Both the position numbers and the translations under genes were made by a program. From contig JBHGNT010000018.1 in the NCBI GenBank assembly GCA_043228905.1, positions 1,674,001 to 1,738,000 of the forward strand: DNA of 64,000 nt, given 5' to 3'. A model generated the notes under the pieces. It was not told the DNA's origin, did no database searches, and saw only the letters and a program-made list of their open reading frames with translations. This DNA is from Azolla caroliniana (taxonomy: Eukaryota > Plantae > Polypodiophyta). This document shows positions 19,913 through 34,000 of the stretch, piece by piece. The number at the start of each line of letters is the position of its first letter. Position 1 is the stretch's first letter.

Positions 19913-22900
19913 ATACCCCCACCCGACTGCAATGCTCGGCACTGTATATTGAAACGTTGTCTCGATGGTTGTAAAACAAGCGTTGACCAAACTCATATCG
20001 CTCGACATGGGGCCAAAGCACCGTTCGTTTTTAATTGATCATTAAACGATCCACACAAACTCGTTGTTTGAGAAGCGAATCACATGCAAACACAAGTAGT
20101 GCTCCTTTGGAAGTAGATGGTCGGTGTCTTCCATAATCCTATCACACTTGTGTTCGAGTTTCGCTTTCATAAATGTTTTTTTAAGCGGGGAGATTCGGAA
20201 GTTGCCAACGTACGTTGCTAAAGTCATGTTATGGAACATTGTATGTTACCAATGTGCATCGTGAACACTACAAACTTGGACTTGGTTTGTACTAATTCGA
20301 AATAACATTATAAGCATCATGAAATATATTCTATTCAATTTCTTTCTTATGTTGTTCGGTAACCCAATATATATAAAAGAAAATGAATAACAATTGCAGC
20401 ATGCACATGCTTTGGACCTCTAATAAAATGTGCCACCGACATTGAGATGCGCCAGACATAAATGTAGATTAACATAGACTAAACCTTTAGACAATGCTCC
20501 TTGTTTTTCTGACCTCCGTCACAAAAGCTAGGAGGGGCAGGACTATTGTATTTAACAATGCAACATCATAAAATAATGGTTCACAACTTGATGACTTGTA
20601 AATTACTACGTGATGACATACTTTTTACTGGGATGCTTTTTTCACTAGATTTATATGTAGTTTCTTGGATCGGTTTGTACCACGCCGAGTGAACTCATGC
20701 AAGTATGTAAAGACAAGTTGCACGAAGTTCATGTTTCTCTTTTAAGAAAAAGGCGTTACAAAATGTTTCCCCTTTAGCCCAATCTAGAGAATAATATATG
20801 ATGTCTTCTATTCCTTCGACTTGTGGATGCAAAAGATGTATAAATTGAGAAGGGTTCACGAGAGAACTTCCTATCCAATAAAGTTACTAATCAAGATCTT
20901 CGTTGGTACTTTTGAAGAGGAAACAATCCTTATGCATGTAAATATCTCTCAAAACTAGTTTTATAGAAATATGTATATATGTAAGTAATGTTTCACATGT
21001 TAGGAATGCCAAATCTAACATGAATACCTATGCTTGTAAGTTTGTAACTGAGGTTGCTACGCAATGGACACAATGTGAATGACATCATTACAGTTGAAGT
21101 ATTGATCAAAATATGAGATGCAAAAGCTTATCTTGGAAGTGACACAAAAACATGTAATTAAAATTATAGCTCCCTCCTTTACACAACTCTTGCAACAATC
21201 AACCACCATATTTTTTTACCATTTAAAGAGACACGCTTAGTGATTACTCAAAGGCCATCCAGGCTTTTCATTTCTAGTATATTGTTTAAGCACCTCTCAA
21301 GTTATTGCTTGACTCAATATCATATAAATTTTGATAGTCCCTACTAACGTTTACCAGAAGTAACATACTTTTGATTGTCCCAAGTAACATTTACTGGAAG
21401 CATTCACTTTGAAAGCATTAATATGCCACTACAAGGGACACCAAATGTTGAGTTCATAAATAATAATAAGCAAAGGCAAATCATTCCATGTTGTTGCATG
21501 GATAATCAAACCACCAATTAGTTTGCGTATTATGTGTAAGCTGTTAGTTTTAGAAGAAGAACTCAACCAATAAATTTTGGTATCATTTAAACTTGGTTTC
21601 TTGATGCTCGCTATATAAAAAAACCTTTAAAAGGAAATCTATTAGAAAGCAACATATTAATGAGCATAGTTTAATAGCATTAGGATATGGTTCTACGCCA
21701 CCAATATGTATACTACATGGAGTAACCTACTCATTTGCAATAGTGCGGAGAGTCTCTTGCCTTTCTTTTGAGTTTATATTTGCACATTGCTTAAGAAATC
21801 CAGTAATGTGCTTTGTAGTTGCAATTCGACTTTTATGCTAAAGTGCAAGGTAGAACTATGCGATTGGTTGGCCAATCGAGATCAAAATTAGTTGAATCAT
21901 CCATGTCAAGTCAACATAGGTCTCATGTACATGCTCTAGATTTGTTGTTCCATGATTATATGCACTCACGACATCTCTTTTCTCACATCAATTTTGTTTC
22001 ATTTATTTATTTTGCCAACATGCAATTAAATCTCTTTGCGATAGATACATGGATTTTGACACTTTTTTCTCCCATTACTTTTTGTTCCATTTATTTATTT
22101 TTCCGCTTGTGATAAAACTCGTTTTAGCTAAGCTCGAACTTGGGTTTCCTCAAAATTTATGGCTTCTGATGGAGACCCATTAGGAATTGAAACCACAAGG
22201 AATATTCTGTTTGATACCATTTTGGGTGCAAGTACAACACAAAGCAAGAGATCAAGAGAGATGGTAAGCATAATGTTGGGCATATAAATGAAAGTTGAAG
22301 GGAGCATTGATGTGACAATTTTGTTTATTAGAGCAAGTGGAAATTCTTTCCTCAACGAAGTGTTTGACTTTGTTATCAACAATTCAACATGTCCACTACC
22401 CATGAAGTAGTGACACCACTAAGTTGTGATACTATTGTGATTTCTTCCACACACAAATTGTGTATTTTCACAGAGAGAATTTTTAAATTTAAACTTTACC
22501 CCCCCCCGCCCCCCTTTATAAAGACAACTACAAAGACTCCAACAAGTGGTGGTGCATGTTCAAATCACAACGTTTTTTTGTCTTTCTAAGGCTACTTTTT
22601 TTTAAAACAAAAAGCTAATAATATTTCCCCACACGGTGAATTTCACAAAATCAAAGCTACCTTTCATTTGCCGGTTGCCTTTTGCCATGATGCAATTGGA
22701 CATAGGTCGGAACCCTTCCTTTTGCCTTCACCAATAGCTTTTCATCATGTGTCACAGTTTCAAATTGGAATCTGGATATTTATATTCTCTAATTATATTT
22801 CATCAAATGTCATCCTTCCAAGTGCAAAACCGAAATCTTTGCACGTGCATTGTTAAACGACAATTCCCTATCAAACTTGATATTGAAATGCATATATTAT

Positions 22901-25069
22901 TTTGTAATGAATCATATCTTTTAGTTATATGTTACATCACATATAAGAATTATTGATTCTAATAACTAAATATGGAACGTTGAGTATTTCCAATCACCAC
23001 GTACCTGACTTTGTTGTAGATACATTTCTATCACTATTCTTAAAAACAAAGAGAAGGTTGTAGTTATCTCTTTTTATCTAAATGTGTGCACTCAAACAAG
23101 ACCTTCATCATACTTATAATATGGAAACCGTTGTTATAATGAGGACACCGTTTTTAAAATGATTAAATAAGTCCTCGAGAAAAGTATCGAAATGGCCACT
23201 TTTTTGCGAACTTTTTGCTGGCATCAAGAGCCCATACGAAGATAAGGACAAGCATGCTCATAGAAAGATAAGGAAAAGTTGTGATGCATGCTAATAAAGA
23301 TAATTCTAATTTGATCCAACAAGAAAGCCCTTAGAAGCTGTATAATGAAGAAGAGCTCATACTTTGATGGAATCGAGCACCTAAACTTTGTCAAAAAAAT
23401 GGAATCACAAGGTAACGAGTCACAAGGACACATGAGAGAACTACAATGACAATGGTAACATGCCGTCCATGGTAAACTTGTCACGATGGAGCTCAAGGAT
23501 ATCACCCCAACACTTTTCTTTCACTTTATTGTTTCACTTGACACTTCATTTGGAAACCTCAAAAAGTTTAGCTTTTTTCATCAATGCCAATATGGTTATA
23601 ACTCATTTTCGATAGCTAAAGAAAACGAGAAAAGGTCAAAAGTGATTTACAGGGAAATGTCGTCAACAGAAATGTTTGTTTATTACCAAAATTTTGGTTG
23701 CCTAAAAGCAGTGCTGATGCATATAAGTCAATTTAATTTGGATATCTCAAGCAATCTATATCAAATACATGGGATATAGTTATTACTTAGTTTGTTATGC
23801 ATAGCAATATACACACAATTTAGTTTGAGCTTAACCAAACCCCATAAATAGTTGTTTAACAAAATATCCAAGCAATTCATGGCTTGGGGTTTCAAGCGTT
23901 CTGTTTGATTTGGTTTGAGCCCGTAACAATTTAATGGTTTGAAGTTAAATGACTTAACAAGTCATGGTAAGGACATTTTGAAATATTTATTAAATTTGAA
24001 TTACCTTTACTTTATAACGTTAAGAGCTACAACCTATTAACATAATATAACATTTGAGATCCAATATTTCATCTTTACTCATTTATAAGTAACAAACTCT
24101 TCATTAAATAATTGTGAAAAAGCCAACACCAACTATTTGTTTGCACCAAACTGCAAAACTGGATTGTGAAACCACAAAACCAAACCGTCATACATAATAA
24201 ACCATGATATCACCACTGAACAATTTCAGATTTGTAATTCTGTCTAACATTTGGGTTAAGCTTGTAGAACCCTAAAACCTGACTTGGTATTGTTTGGTAG
24301 GATTTAAGTTTTAAAGTTTTGAAACAATTTGGTTTGAAATAGTTTTTAGTTAAGACTCTGAAATTGAACCAAACCATAGACAATTGCTAGTTATGCAACC
24401 ACACCATACATTAAGGTTATTAACTCAAAAATATCAGAAGCTGAGTTGACTAGATCAATGGCAATATCAATACTATTACATCAATGTAAATGCAATGAGA
24501 AAGCGGAAGGCTTTTTTGGTGTTTCAAAAAGCTGATCACTTGACATCAATGGAGATATTGATATTATTGATTTCGTTTTTTACAAGTTTACAATATTCAG
24601 ATACAAATTTAACCATTTCTAGAAATCCCTGTAACTTGACCATATGCCATTCATTGATGAAGATATTGTCTCTGTTTTCTTATGTAGACACAAACAATAT
24701 TGTTAATAACTTTGGTCATCATGACACAATCAGAATTCGGAAAATATATAGAAGAAAGATTATTTACCCCTGATGATTATATGCAGCAGAGGTAAGATGT
24801 TGATGGGTATGTCCATCTCTCCATCCCTCTTAAATTCTCTCATGGACAAATCATGGATAAATCAAAGTGCAGGAGATTTTTCTGCCAGTAATCAGTGTCT
24901 TCATGCAAGAAATAATGGGGTATTATGAGAAAGATGAGATTTTGTAGGAAATCGAGGAAATTTATGTTTTTCTATTGGCTTTTCATCTAATGTTTCTATC
25001 CATCAAGTTAAAATTTCCAATCAGCTCTTAAGTGAATGAGGGCACCTCTTTCCAGCATGGTGTCTATAT

Positions 25070-28000
25070 TTACTTCTTTAAAGCCTCATAAGCTGCATTC
25101 ACTTCCCGAAACTTCGCCTCGGCAAAATCTGATCATAACCGAAGAATTATGTTTCCTTTCATAACCATAAACTCAAATCAGATGGAAAAAGAAAAACAAA
25201 CACCAACTCAATCTATAATATATGCTCATAGTTCAAAAGCTTATGTTAATAGTCTCAAGCTTGACTTACAGAGGTTTGCAAAATTGCCTACTAGAATTCT
25301 TAAATTTCAATGATGTCACCGTGAGGTTGTGAATGCAAATCTCAAGCATGGGTCTTTTAGCTGCAGACCAAAGACTGCTAATGAATGAAATGGAGAATAT
25401 TCATACAACCATGCCTATTCAAATTCTCAAAATTTTGGTATAGAACATGTTGTAACAGTAAAGATTGTGCTTTGCAACCATGAGGTGGTGAGTGCAAGTT
25501 TCAAGCAATGGGTGTCTTTTAAGTTTCAGACTAAGGACAATGCTAATAATTGAAATGGAAAACATGCATAAACTCTGTTCGAAGATATACGTTTATGAGA
25601 TTATGCATAGAAAAAGTTCGATCCTAAAAAATGGCCTCACAAATTTACTTCCAACCGTTCGAAAGTTGAAACAACATTGGCAAATGGTATCTAAAGCAAT
25701 GGGTTCCTTTTAAGTTTCAGACCAAGGACCATGTTAATAATTGAAATGGAAAACATGCATACAACCCTGCTAGAAGATATACATTTATGAGATTATGCAT
25801 ACTAAGTTAGTCCTAAAAAATGGCCTCACAAATTTACTTTCAACAGTTCAACAGTTGAAACAGCATTGGCAAATGGTGCCTCAGAGTTTTCATCCTAAAT
25901 CACAAGCTCAAGGAAATACCATTATAACTACAGACTGAGCTCCAGACTTGTATGCAAGTTCACTTCATTCATTACTTAATCAAGAAAGACCGTTACTCGT
26001 GGAGTTATCCTTGCCTAGGTTTGCCAACAATACCATCAAGATGACCTATAGCAGAGTTGAGCACTTCATTCCTTCAAACTAAATGCCTCATCAATATGCT
26101 TGAGTGAATATCCTCTACAAAGTAAGAAGGTGAAAACTTGATAATCCCTTTCGTGATGAATGAGGTCAAGCTGTGTAGCTATTCATCATAATGCCCAAAT
26201 TGACATATCTTCATAGCAGCATTCCCACATCACTAACGTGAAAATTGCTCCCCAGAGACAAGTTTAGGCTAGACAAATCCCATAATACACGTACTCCATG
26301 AACTATGCTGAATTATCACCTGACTTCACATGAGAGGAAACATTCACGCAAGGTTTTACTTCCATGGACAGAGATCCAAGCTCTCTTCATGGTAGTAGAT
26401 TGCCATTGGTCTCATTCAGCTTAAATATCTTGGTAGTTAAGATGGAAACAATGAACCAGTAGATTGGGACATTTCTTGCAAAAGAAATAGGATACAAGTG
26501 TAATACTTGCTGAATCAGAGAGTGAGTGAGGACACTATCATTAGGCTACCGATTGCAAGGCAGCCATTAATGACCAACATGGATCTGCCCAAATGAAGAC
26601 TATGATTGGACGACACCTATCCTACTGGACAAAATCTCTATAAAGATTGTGATAGACACTTTGCATGCATAATTCCCTTATATCTAAACATTTATTCAAA
26701 AGATGGGGCAAGCGAAGGAAGAGAGAAGCATACCCTTCCGATGTTGATTTCGATCAGGATGATACTCCATAGCCTTCGCTCTATACGCAGCCTGCATTAG
26801 AATAAGTGTGTCTAATTTTGAAGAAACATTATTAACTTAAATTGGACTTCAGAGAAACTATTCAGACATCTAAGCTACAGCCACAAAGTGATCTTATTCT
26901 TCCTTGGATACAAAAACCTATTAAAAGGAAATGAAGCTGAGAGCTATATTGTTTTAGGTAAAAAAAACAAATCCTGAAAGTACTAAACATTTAAAAGAGG
27001 TTAAAAGTTACTAATTTACAATTTTCTCGCCTTTATGCTACTTCCCGATAAAATTCTTATGCCCAGCTGAGTGCATAGCATGTTTACCACCTGTAGAAAA
27101 CTGAAGCTTAAATTATTTTCTTCTCTACAGTGAAACGTAAAATGGTAGGCTCCAGGATTGGCATGTGTTTTATTCAGCTAGAATTATATTCGGATGTGTG
27201 CATGAGTGTGCATCAAATGGTAAACTTCAGCTTATAGACTTCAGGTTTGAGCCTTACATAAAGTAGTATGTTGGCTCAGATATTGTTTTGAAAGGGTGAT
27301 GCTTGGCAGCATGACAAACCTCTTTTGATATAGAACACAAAATTCAGTTTCAGAGCGTATGAATACTGATTTTCTGTTTTTTCTAATGTGTTCAATCAAG
27401 ATTACGTTGGAAACTCTAGATGAGGATTTTCACTGTTAAAATTGTATTTATAATCCACTGACTGTTTTTACGCTTTTAGGCTCTATCAGAGGAACTGGTT
27501 ATTTCCTCTTCCATAAATTATCAATAAAGAAATACCAAAGGGGCACCAGTTTTCAGGGCCAATTCTTGGGAATAAAGGGCCATCATGCATTTTATTTGAG
27601 CACAGGAGTGACCACCTAAAACCTAAAGGGAAAACACCGAGACAAAGTAATATTGCACATCTCTCTTCGCCTCAACCTGCAGTTCCTCTCTGTTTCTGTG
27701 TCTATGTGTGTGATCCAAGGGTGCTCCGCTCTGCTCTCATCTCCCTTCAAAATGGTATCAGAACAAAGGTTAAGGTGTGCGAGCTTCTCAGATCCCTGGA
27801 GTTCACAGGTCAGCACAAGCAGGAGACGGGCAGGGGGCTGTGACAGTGAGCACAGCTTACAACAGGTCGCACAGGGAGAAGACAAGCAGGGGGCTGCAAC
27901 AGTCAGCATTATTTTCACATCAAGAGTTTTTACCACAGAGTAATAACACCCCTTCTTAGGAAGAAGTCATATACAAGATATGTGTTGATTTGGTTCCATT

Positions 28001-31000
28001 GGTTGGCCTCATCATGGACGATAAAATTTCTATTTGATTCTATTCTACTCTATTCCCTGTCTGTCTCTTGTGTGTGTGATTATTGTTTTTGATGCATTAT
28101 CTCTTGATTATTTGTATAGTATGCAACAGGATACAGAAACTGCAACACAGAGGGCCCAATACCATGACGGTTTAGTAAGCAGAAAATTTTCCCGTGGACG
28201 AGAAACTTTAGCACTACTCTTGGCACATGCTTAATCGGGGAGTATATGAAGAGGGTTGCTACAAATAACTTGACAAACAGATATGCTTCTTTAGTATCTT
28301 TCCCAGACCAGAGGTGATGGACCTTCCCAGACAGGAGACAATGCACCCTTCCTACGAGAAGAAGCACTAATAGATTGGACCTTATCCAAACAAGACAAAG
28401 CAAACTCTTCCACAGACATTAGGAGTTGGTCACACAAACTATTTTGCCTTGTTAAGACTCGGTTCCGGGTTCTATTCCATAGAGAGGAATTTGTGTGACA
28501 AGTGTATCGAATAGCCACAATTTAGTTTGTGGCTCTTGGAACCGCACATGTGCACATTGTCATTCAAGAGCACCAAGGGCTGGATATCCACTAGAAAGTC
28601 AGGCACAAGCAGAATCCCATAGGGAGAACTCAGGCCGTCTAAATGTTACTTCTAGGTATGAGTAGGATTGTGTATATGCCATCTTTTCATCACAGTTATA
28701 AATTTAGGTATGCAGATATGCACAAATACCCTAGAAGAAAGAATTTGCCAATTGTGTCATTAGGGAGTGGAATATGAGGAGCATTATGTGTCTCATTGTA
28801 CTGATTTTTAAGAAATAGATACCATTGACTCTTTAGTCATGGATTTGCTCACTATGCAAGGAAAGGAATATGCGGACCAAAGGTGCTTGGGGCTTTTCTT
28901 CCTAGTACTCAAGAGACATAGGGAGAAGTAGTTGAAGGACAACAACGCAGCCACAGAAGCTTATCAACAAAGAACAATTACCACTTTCTACTCATGCTAC
29001 AAGTCAATCAAGGGTTGCACAAATGGGCTCCCAACTAGGACATTGCAAAGGGGTTACAATAGATTGGGCAACAGCAGTTTGTCATGCATGTAGACTCCAG
29101 TCTCATGAACCACAATCCCACCATCCTCGTCATTGACAAATAAAGGCCATTATATCCCGCCATCATGAGTGCTTCCCTCACTTCGGAAGAATCTTTTTCT
29201 GGATTGACCAATCTTTCAAAGACAAAAATTACATGTCCTATCCTGTTTCTATTTACTCTTTTACTTGGTTGCATTTATTTTGGCTTGTTGCTCGAGGAGA
29301 CAACATTTTAAGAGGCAAACTCTTCGTAGGCATTATAGGCCATTTTGGCCTCTTAAAAGACATTAATAACATCTTTCTTTCTTTCTTTCTTTCTTTATCT
29401 ATTTATTTCTCTTTCTGGAAAACATTCCAATATGGTATCATATTGTACGATAGGTCTTAAAATATAATACCGTATTGTATTTTACACTTTAACAGCCTTG
29501 CCAACATGGAGTTTCGAGAACCAGGTATTACAAAGAAATATAGCCCATTATCACTCTGGAGTTGGTCAATCAAAAGCTCACCTCAACCTATACAAGATGC
29601 ATGAAAGAGTTTGTCGATTCCATGCCTCTATTCTTTACCAAGGAATCTCACGTGACTTTGTTAGAATCTTAATTAACATTAAGTACAATTAAGAAAGAAA
29701 ATAAGGAAGGGAGCTAGTCCACCCAACCACCCCCAAGCGAAGGTGAAAGACAGATCCAACTTCCCCGCAGGTGTCATATACCAGCGAGTTTGGACATGAA
29801 TTGAACCTTGGGATTGTACCGAGGCACACGTGTATGAAGCTAGAGCTTTGCCACACTATCATAGTCTCTATCTCAAAACAATAAAGAAAAGAGATCCCCC
29901 TTTCATGAAGGTAGCTAGCCTTCTTATATAGGCTCAAATCCTAAGCCCTTGTATGTTGTATATTTGGTTGCTTCGTTTATAAAAATTGGTCAAGTGATTA
30001 AACACTCTAAAGTTATCTCCCATCATAGAATTGAGATAACTGTTTTCTCATCCTTCATTGTTTATGAAGTAGTCCACAACTAAGATTATGGTTATGCTCG
30101 TAAAATAATCCCCCTCTTTAAAAGATTGCACTCTTATAACGGAAAGTCAAGAAAGTTTGTTTTAAGAGCATCTTCTTGCTCCCAAATAGCATCTTCAATA
30201 GAACCATCCATTCAATTAATTTTGAACTCTTGAATATGCTTAGAATGTAAATGTTTAGTTTTTTAATCAAGAATCTTTTCTAGTCTATGAGGTTTTGATG
30301 ACAAATCCTCAAGAATAACGAGAGCTCTTTGAGACAACTAACATGAAACACAAGATGGACTTTAATACCCGCTAGAAGGTCGAGCCTATAGTGAAGGCAA
30401 CACGAGGATTAGGGTTTAGGTCAAAAACAAAGAGGGAGAGAGTCTGAGTGAGAGAGAGAGATGCACGCTATCTTGGGTACAAAAGAGTGTACCTCTTTTT
30501 TGGTTTTTAGATATTATGTATATACAACTCAAAAGTGTGCTACGAGTGCGTTCACACTCGTGCACTAATAAAAGGCACGATGGCCCTTTATTCCCAACAA
30601 CCTCCCACCTAAAGGCAATGTGCCGTGAGAAAAAAAAACAAAAAAAAGTCAGCTAAGTCCAAGTATGTACAAAGCTGAACTACATACGTACATCTATCCA
30701 ACTCCCATCATCTGTCGGCAATGAGCAAATCGCTCAGCTGGAAGACCCTTCGTGAGAAGATCTGCAGGATTATTATTTGTATGTACTTTGACAAGCTCAA
30801 TGTTCTTGCTGTCAAGTACATCTCTGATGAAGTGATACTTCACCTCTATGTGCTTCGTCTTTGCATGAAAGACGGGATTTCGAGCTAGCATGATAGCACT
30901 CTGGCTGTCACAATGAAGAATAGGTAACTCTGTAATGCCAAGATCTCTCACTAGATATGAAAGCCATAAAGCCTCTTTGCATGCCTCAGTGGCAGCAACA

Positions 31001-34000
31001 TACTCTGCCTCTGTAGTAGACAATGCAACACACTTCTGTAGTCTGGAGATCCAAGAGACTGCTCCTCCTGTGAAAGTAAACACATACCCAGAAGTAGACT
31101 TCCTGCAGTCTGCGTGACCAGCATAGTCCGCATCCGTAAAATCAACGACGGATGCCTTTTGCTTTCCAAAGCAAATACACAAGTCCTTTGTGCCTTTGAG
31201 GTATCTCATAATACCTTTCACCGCTTCCCAATGCTTTTTGCCGGGATTTGCCATATACCTACTAACCACTCCCACTGCAAAGGCAATATCAGGGCTTGTA
31301 GCAACCATCGCATATATCAAACTGCCAACGGCAGAAGCATATGGAACCTTAGCCATTTCAGCCTTCTCATCATCAGATGTAGGGCTGTCTTCTGCACTGA
31401 GTTTCAAATATGGAGGCAATGGAACCCCTATTGTTTTCCCCCCCTCCATATTGAAACACTGCAAAACCTTAGAGATATACTCCTGCTGAGATAGAAAGAG
31501 TACCCCTTTCGATCGGTTTCGGAGTATTCGCATGCCAAGGATGTGATTTGCATCACCAAGATCCTTCATATCAAAGCTGCCATGAAGGCTTTGCTTCAAT
31601 GAATTCAAGGCATTAACATCCTTGCCAGCAATCAACATATCATCAACATACAAAACCAAGATAATCAGGCTGCCATCTCCTGCCTTCTTGGTGTACAAGC
31701 AATGGTCCACTTGACTTCTACGAGAACCTTGAGACTGCATAAATGCATCAAATTTATGATACCATTCTCTTGGTGCTTGTTTCAACCCATACAAACTCCT
31801 TTTGAGCTTACAAACCATCTTCTCTTTGCCTTTAGTGACAAAACCTTCAGGCTGCTGCATATATATGTCTTCATGCAGATTGCCATGTAAAAAGGCGGTC
31901 TTCACATCCATCTGTATGAGCTCCATATCTTCAGCTGCAACTAAGCCCAAAATGATTCTTAATGTAGTCATCTTGACTACAGGCGAGAAGATCTCATCAA
32001 AATCAACTCCATATTCCTGCTTGTATCCTTTTGCAACCAATCTTGCTTTGTACTTTGGCGAGGAATCAGAAATTACCTTCATTTTATAAACCCATTTGCA
32101 TGGAAGTGTTTTCTGCCCTTTAGGCAATTGCACCAAATCCCAAGTATCATTTTTCTCAAGAGATTCCATCTCTGACAACATGGCTTTATACCATTTCTTA
32201 TTGTCCTGTCTGTCCATTGCTTCCTTGAAGCAAGTCGGTTCGCCACAATCCGTTACCATGAACAAATCTGTCAGGCTGTCTAGTAACTCTAGACGATCTC
32301 CTAACCCAATGCTCATTGTTTGGTAGCTGTTGAGCCTGCAAATCAGCATTCACAGCTTGCTGTTCTAGCTGTTCCTGCACATTTGGTGGCTCATCATTAT
32401 TGGCAAAGACTGGCTGATCATTTCCAACCTCATTTTCTGCATTTGCAGGTAATTTTACAGCAGGTGTTTGCTGCTGTACAGCGGGCACATTTTCCTGTCT
32501 AAAAGGTATTTCTTCTCGGAATACAACCCTACATATTTCCTCAGTCTTTTCGGGTTGTTTATGCATGCGATTTTCCCGGAAGATAACATCATTGCTGTGT
32601 ACTATTTTTCTTTTCTCGGGATCCCACAATCTATACCCCATTTCACCCTCGTCACCGTATCCTAGGAAAATACATTTGCAGGACTTTGGCTCAAGTTTGT
32701 TGCGTTGTTCTTTACGAATGTGCACAAAAGCCTCACAGCCAAACACTCTCAAGTGAGCATATGAAGGTGGCTTGCCCGACCACGCTTCTTGGGGTATTCC
32801 CCCTCCCAAAGACCTGTTCGGCGACCGATTAATCAAGTGAACAGCTGTCATAACAGCCTCTGCCCAAAAACCATGGGGTAACGCAGCATGAGACAGCATA
32901 GTACGAACCTTATCTTAAATAGTCCGATTCATACGCTCTGCAACTCCATTTTGGGGTGGATTATAAGGGGCAGTGAGTTCCCTCTTTATCCCTTTGCTGT
33001 CACAAAATGCTTGAAAAGCCTTGGACACATATTCCCCACCATTGTCAGAGCGAAGACACTTAAGTGTCTTATCAATTTGATTCTCAACTAATGCCAAAAA
33101 TGTTCGAAATTTGTCGAGCACTTCATCCTTGCTACAAATAGGGTAAACCCATACCTTCCGTGTAGCATCATCGACAAAAGTGACTAAGTATTTCTTTCCC
33201 CCTAATGATAGCCCTGGCATCTGACATACATCTGAATGTACTAACTCAAGCGGGGACGACTTCAGCGAAAGAGACTTTTTATGAGATGTTTGTACATGTT
33301 TACCATAAATGCAATGATCACAATGTTAAAAATCAGCATAACGAAGACACGGCAAGTAACCCAAACGAGAAAGTACTTTCATACCAGTTTCACTCATGTG
33401 TCCCAACCGGCCATGCCACAAAGAAACACTAGGCTGCTCGGTTATGGCAACATGGTCACTCACACTAGATACATGGAGAGGATACAAAGTATCACTTTTA
33501 CTACCCTTGGCAATAACTCTAGATCCCTTACAAATCTTCCATTTCCCATCACCAAAGGTTGTGTGAAATCCATCATCATCTAGCTGTCCTGTGCTAATCA
33601 AGCTCTTCTTGAGCTGAGGTACATGCCGTACATGATGAAGTGTGAAAGCAGAACCATGCTGAAACTGTAATTGCACAGTGCCAATACCTGCAATTTCACA
33701 TGCATAGTTGTCCCCAAGATGGACAACACCATGTCGACCCCCTATGTAATCTGAAAACCACGTGAAAAGAAGCACCGGAATCGAGTATCCAAGTGTGCAT
33801 GTCACCATCCGTATCTGCAAGTAAAGCATGTTCTCTATGGCATGATGAAACAAAGAGTACATCATTTCCACTATCACTATCATGAGTGACTACATTCACC
33901 TCTTCACTTTTAGTATTGCCTTTCCTCAGTTGAATGTCTCTCTTTTCTTCTATGAAATCATCTATCTTCTTGCCCTTTCCTTTCTCTTTCTTCCATTTGA

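Noticed and set aside
19081-20038. Cluster of 80-160 aa ORFs, including a hydrophobic stretch that could be a UXS membrane anchor
   Set aside because: Low-complexity purine/pyrimidine tracts. The poly-Leu frame is not the UXS frame, and the 341-aa model already matches soluble UXS.
20200-24900. Possible gene or DNA transposon in the UXS upstream intergenic region
   Set aside because: AT-rich with only short ORFs; no domain or terminal repeats that I can recognise.
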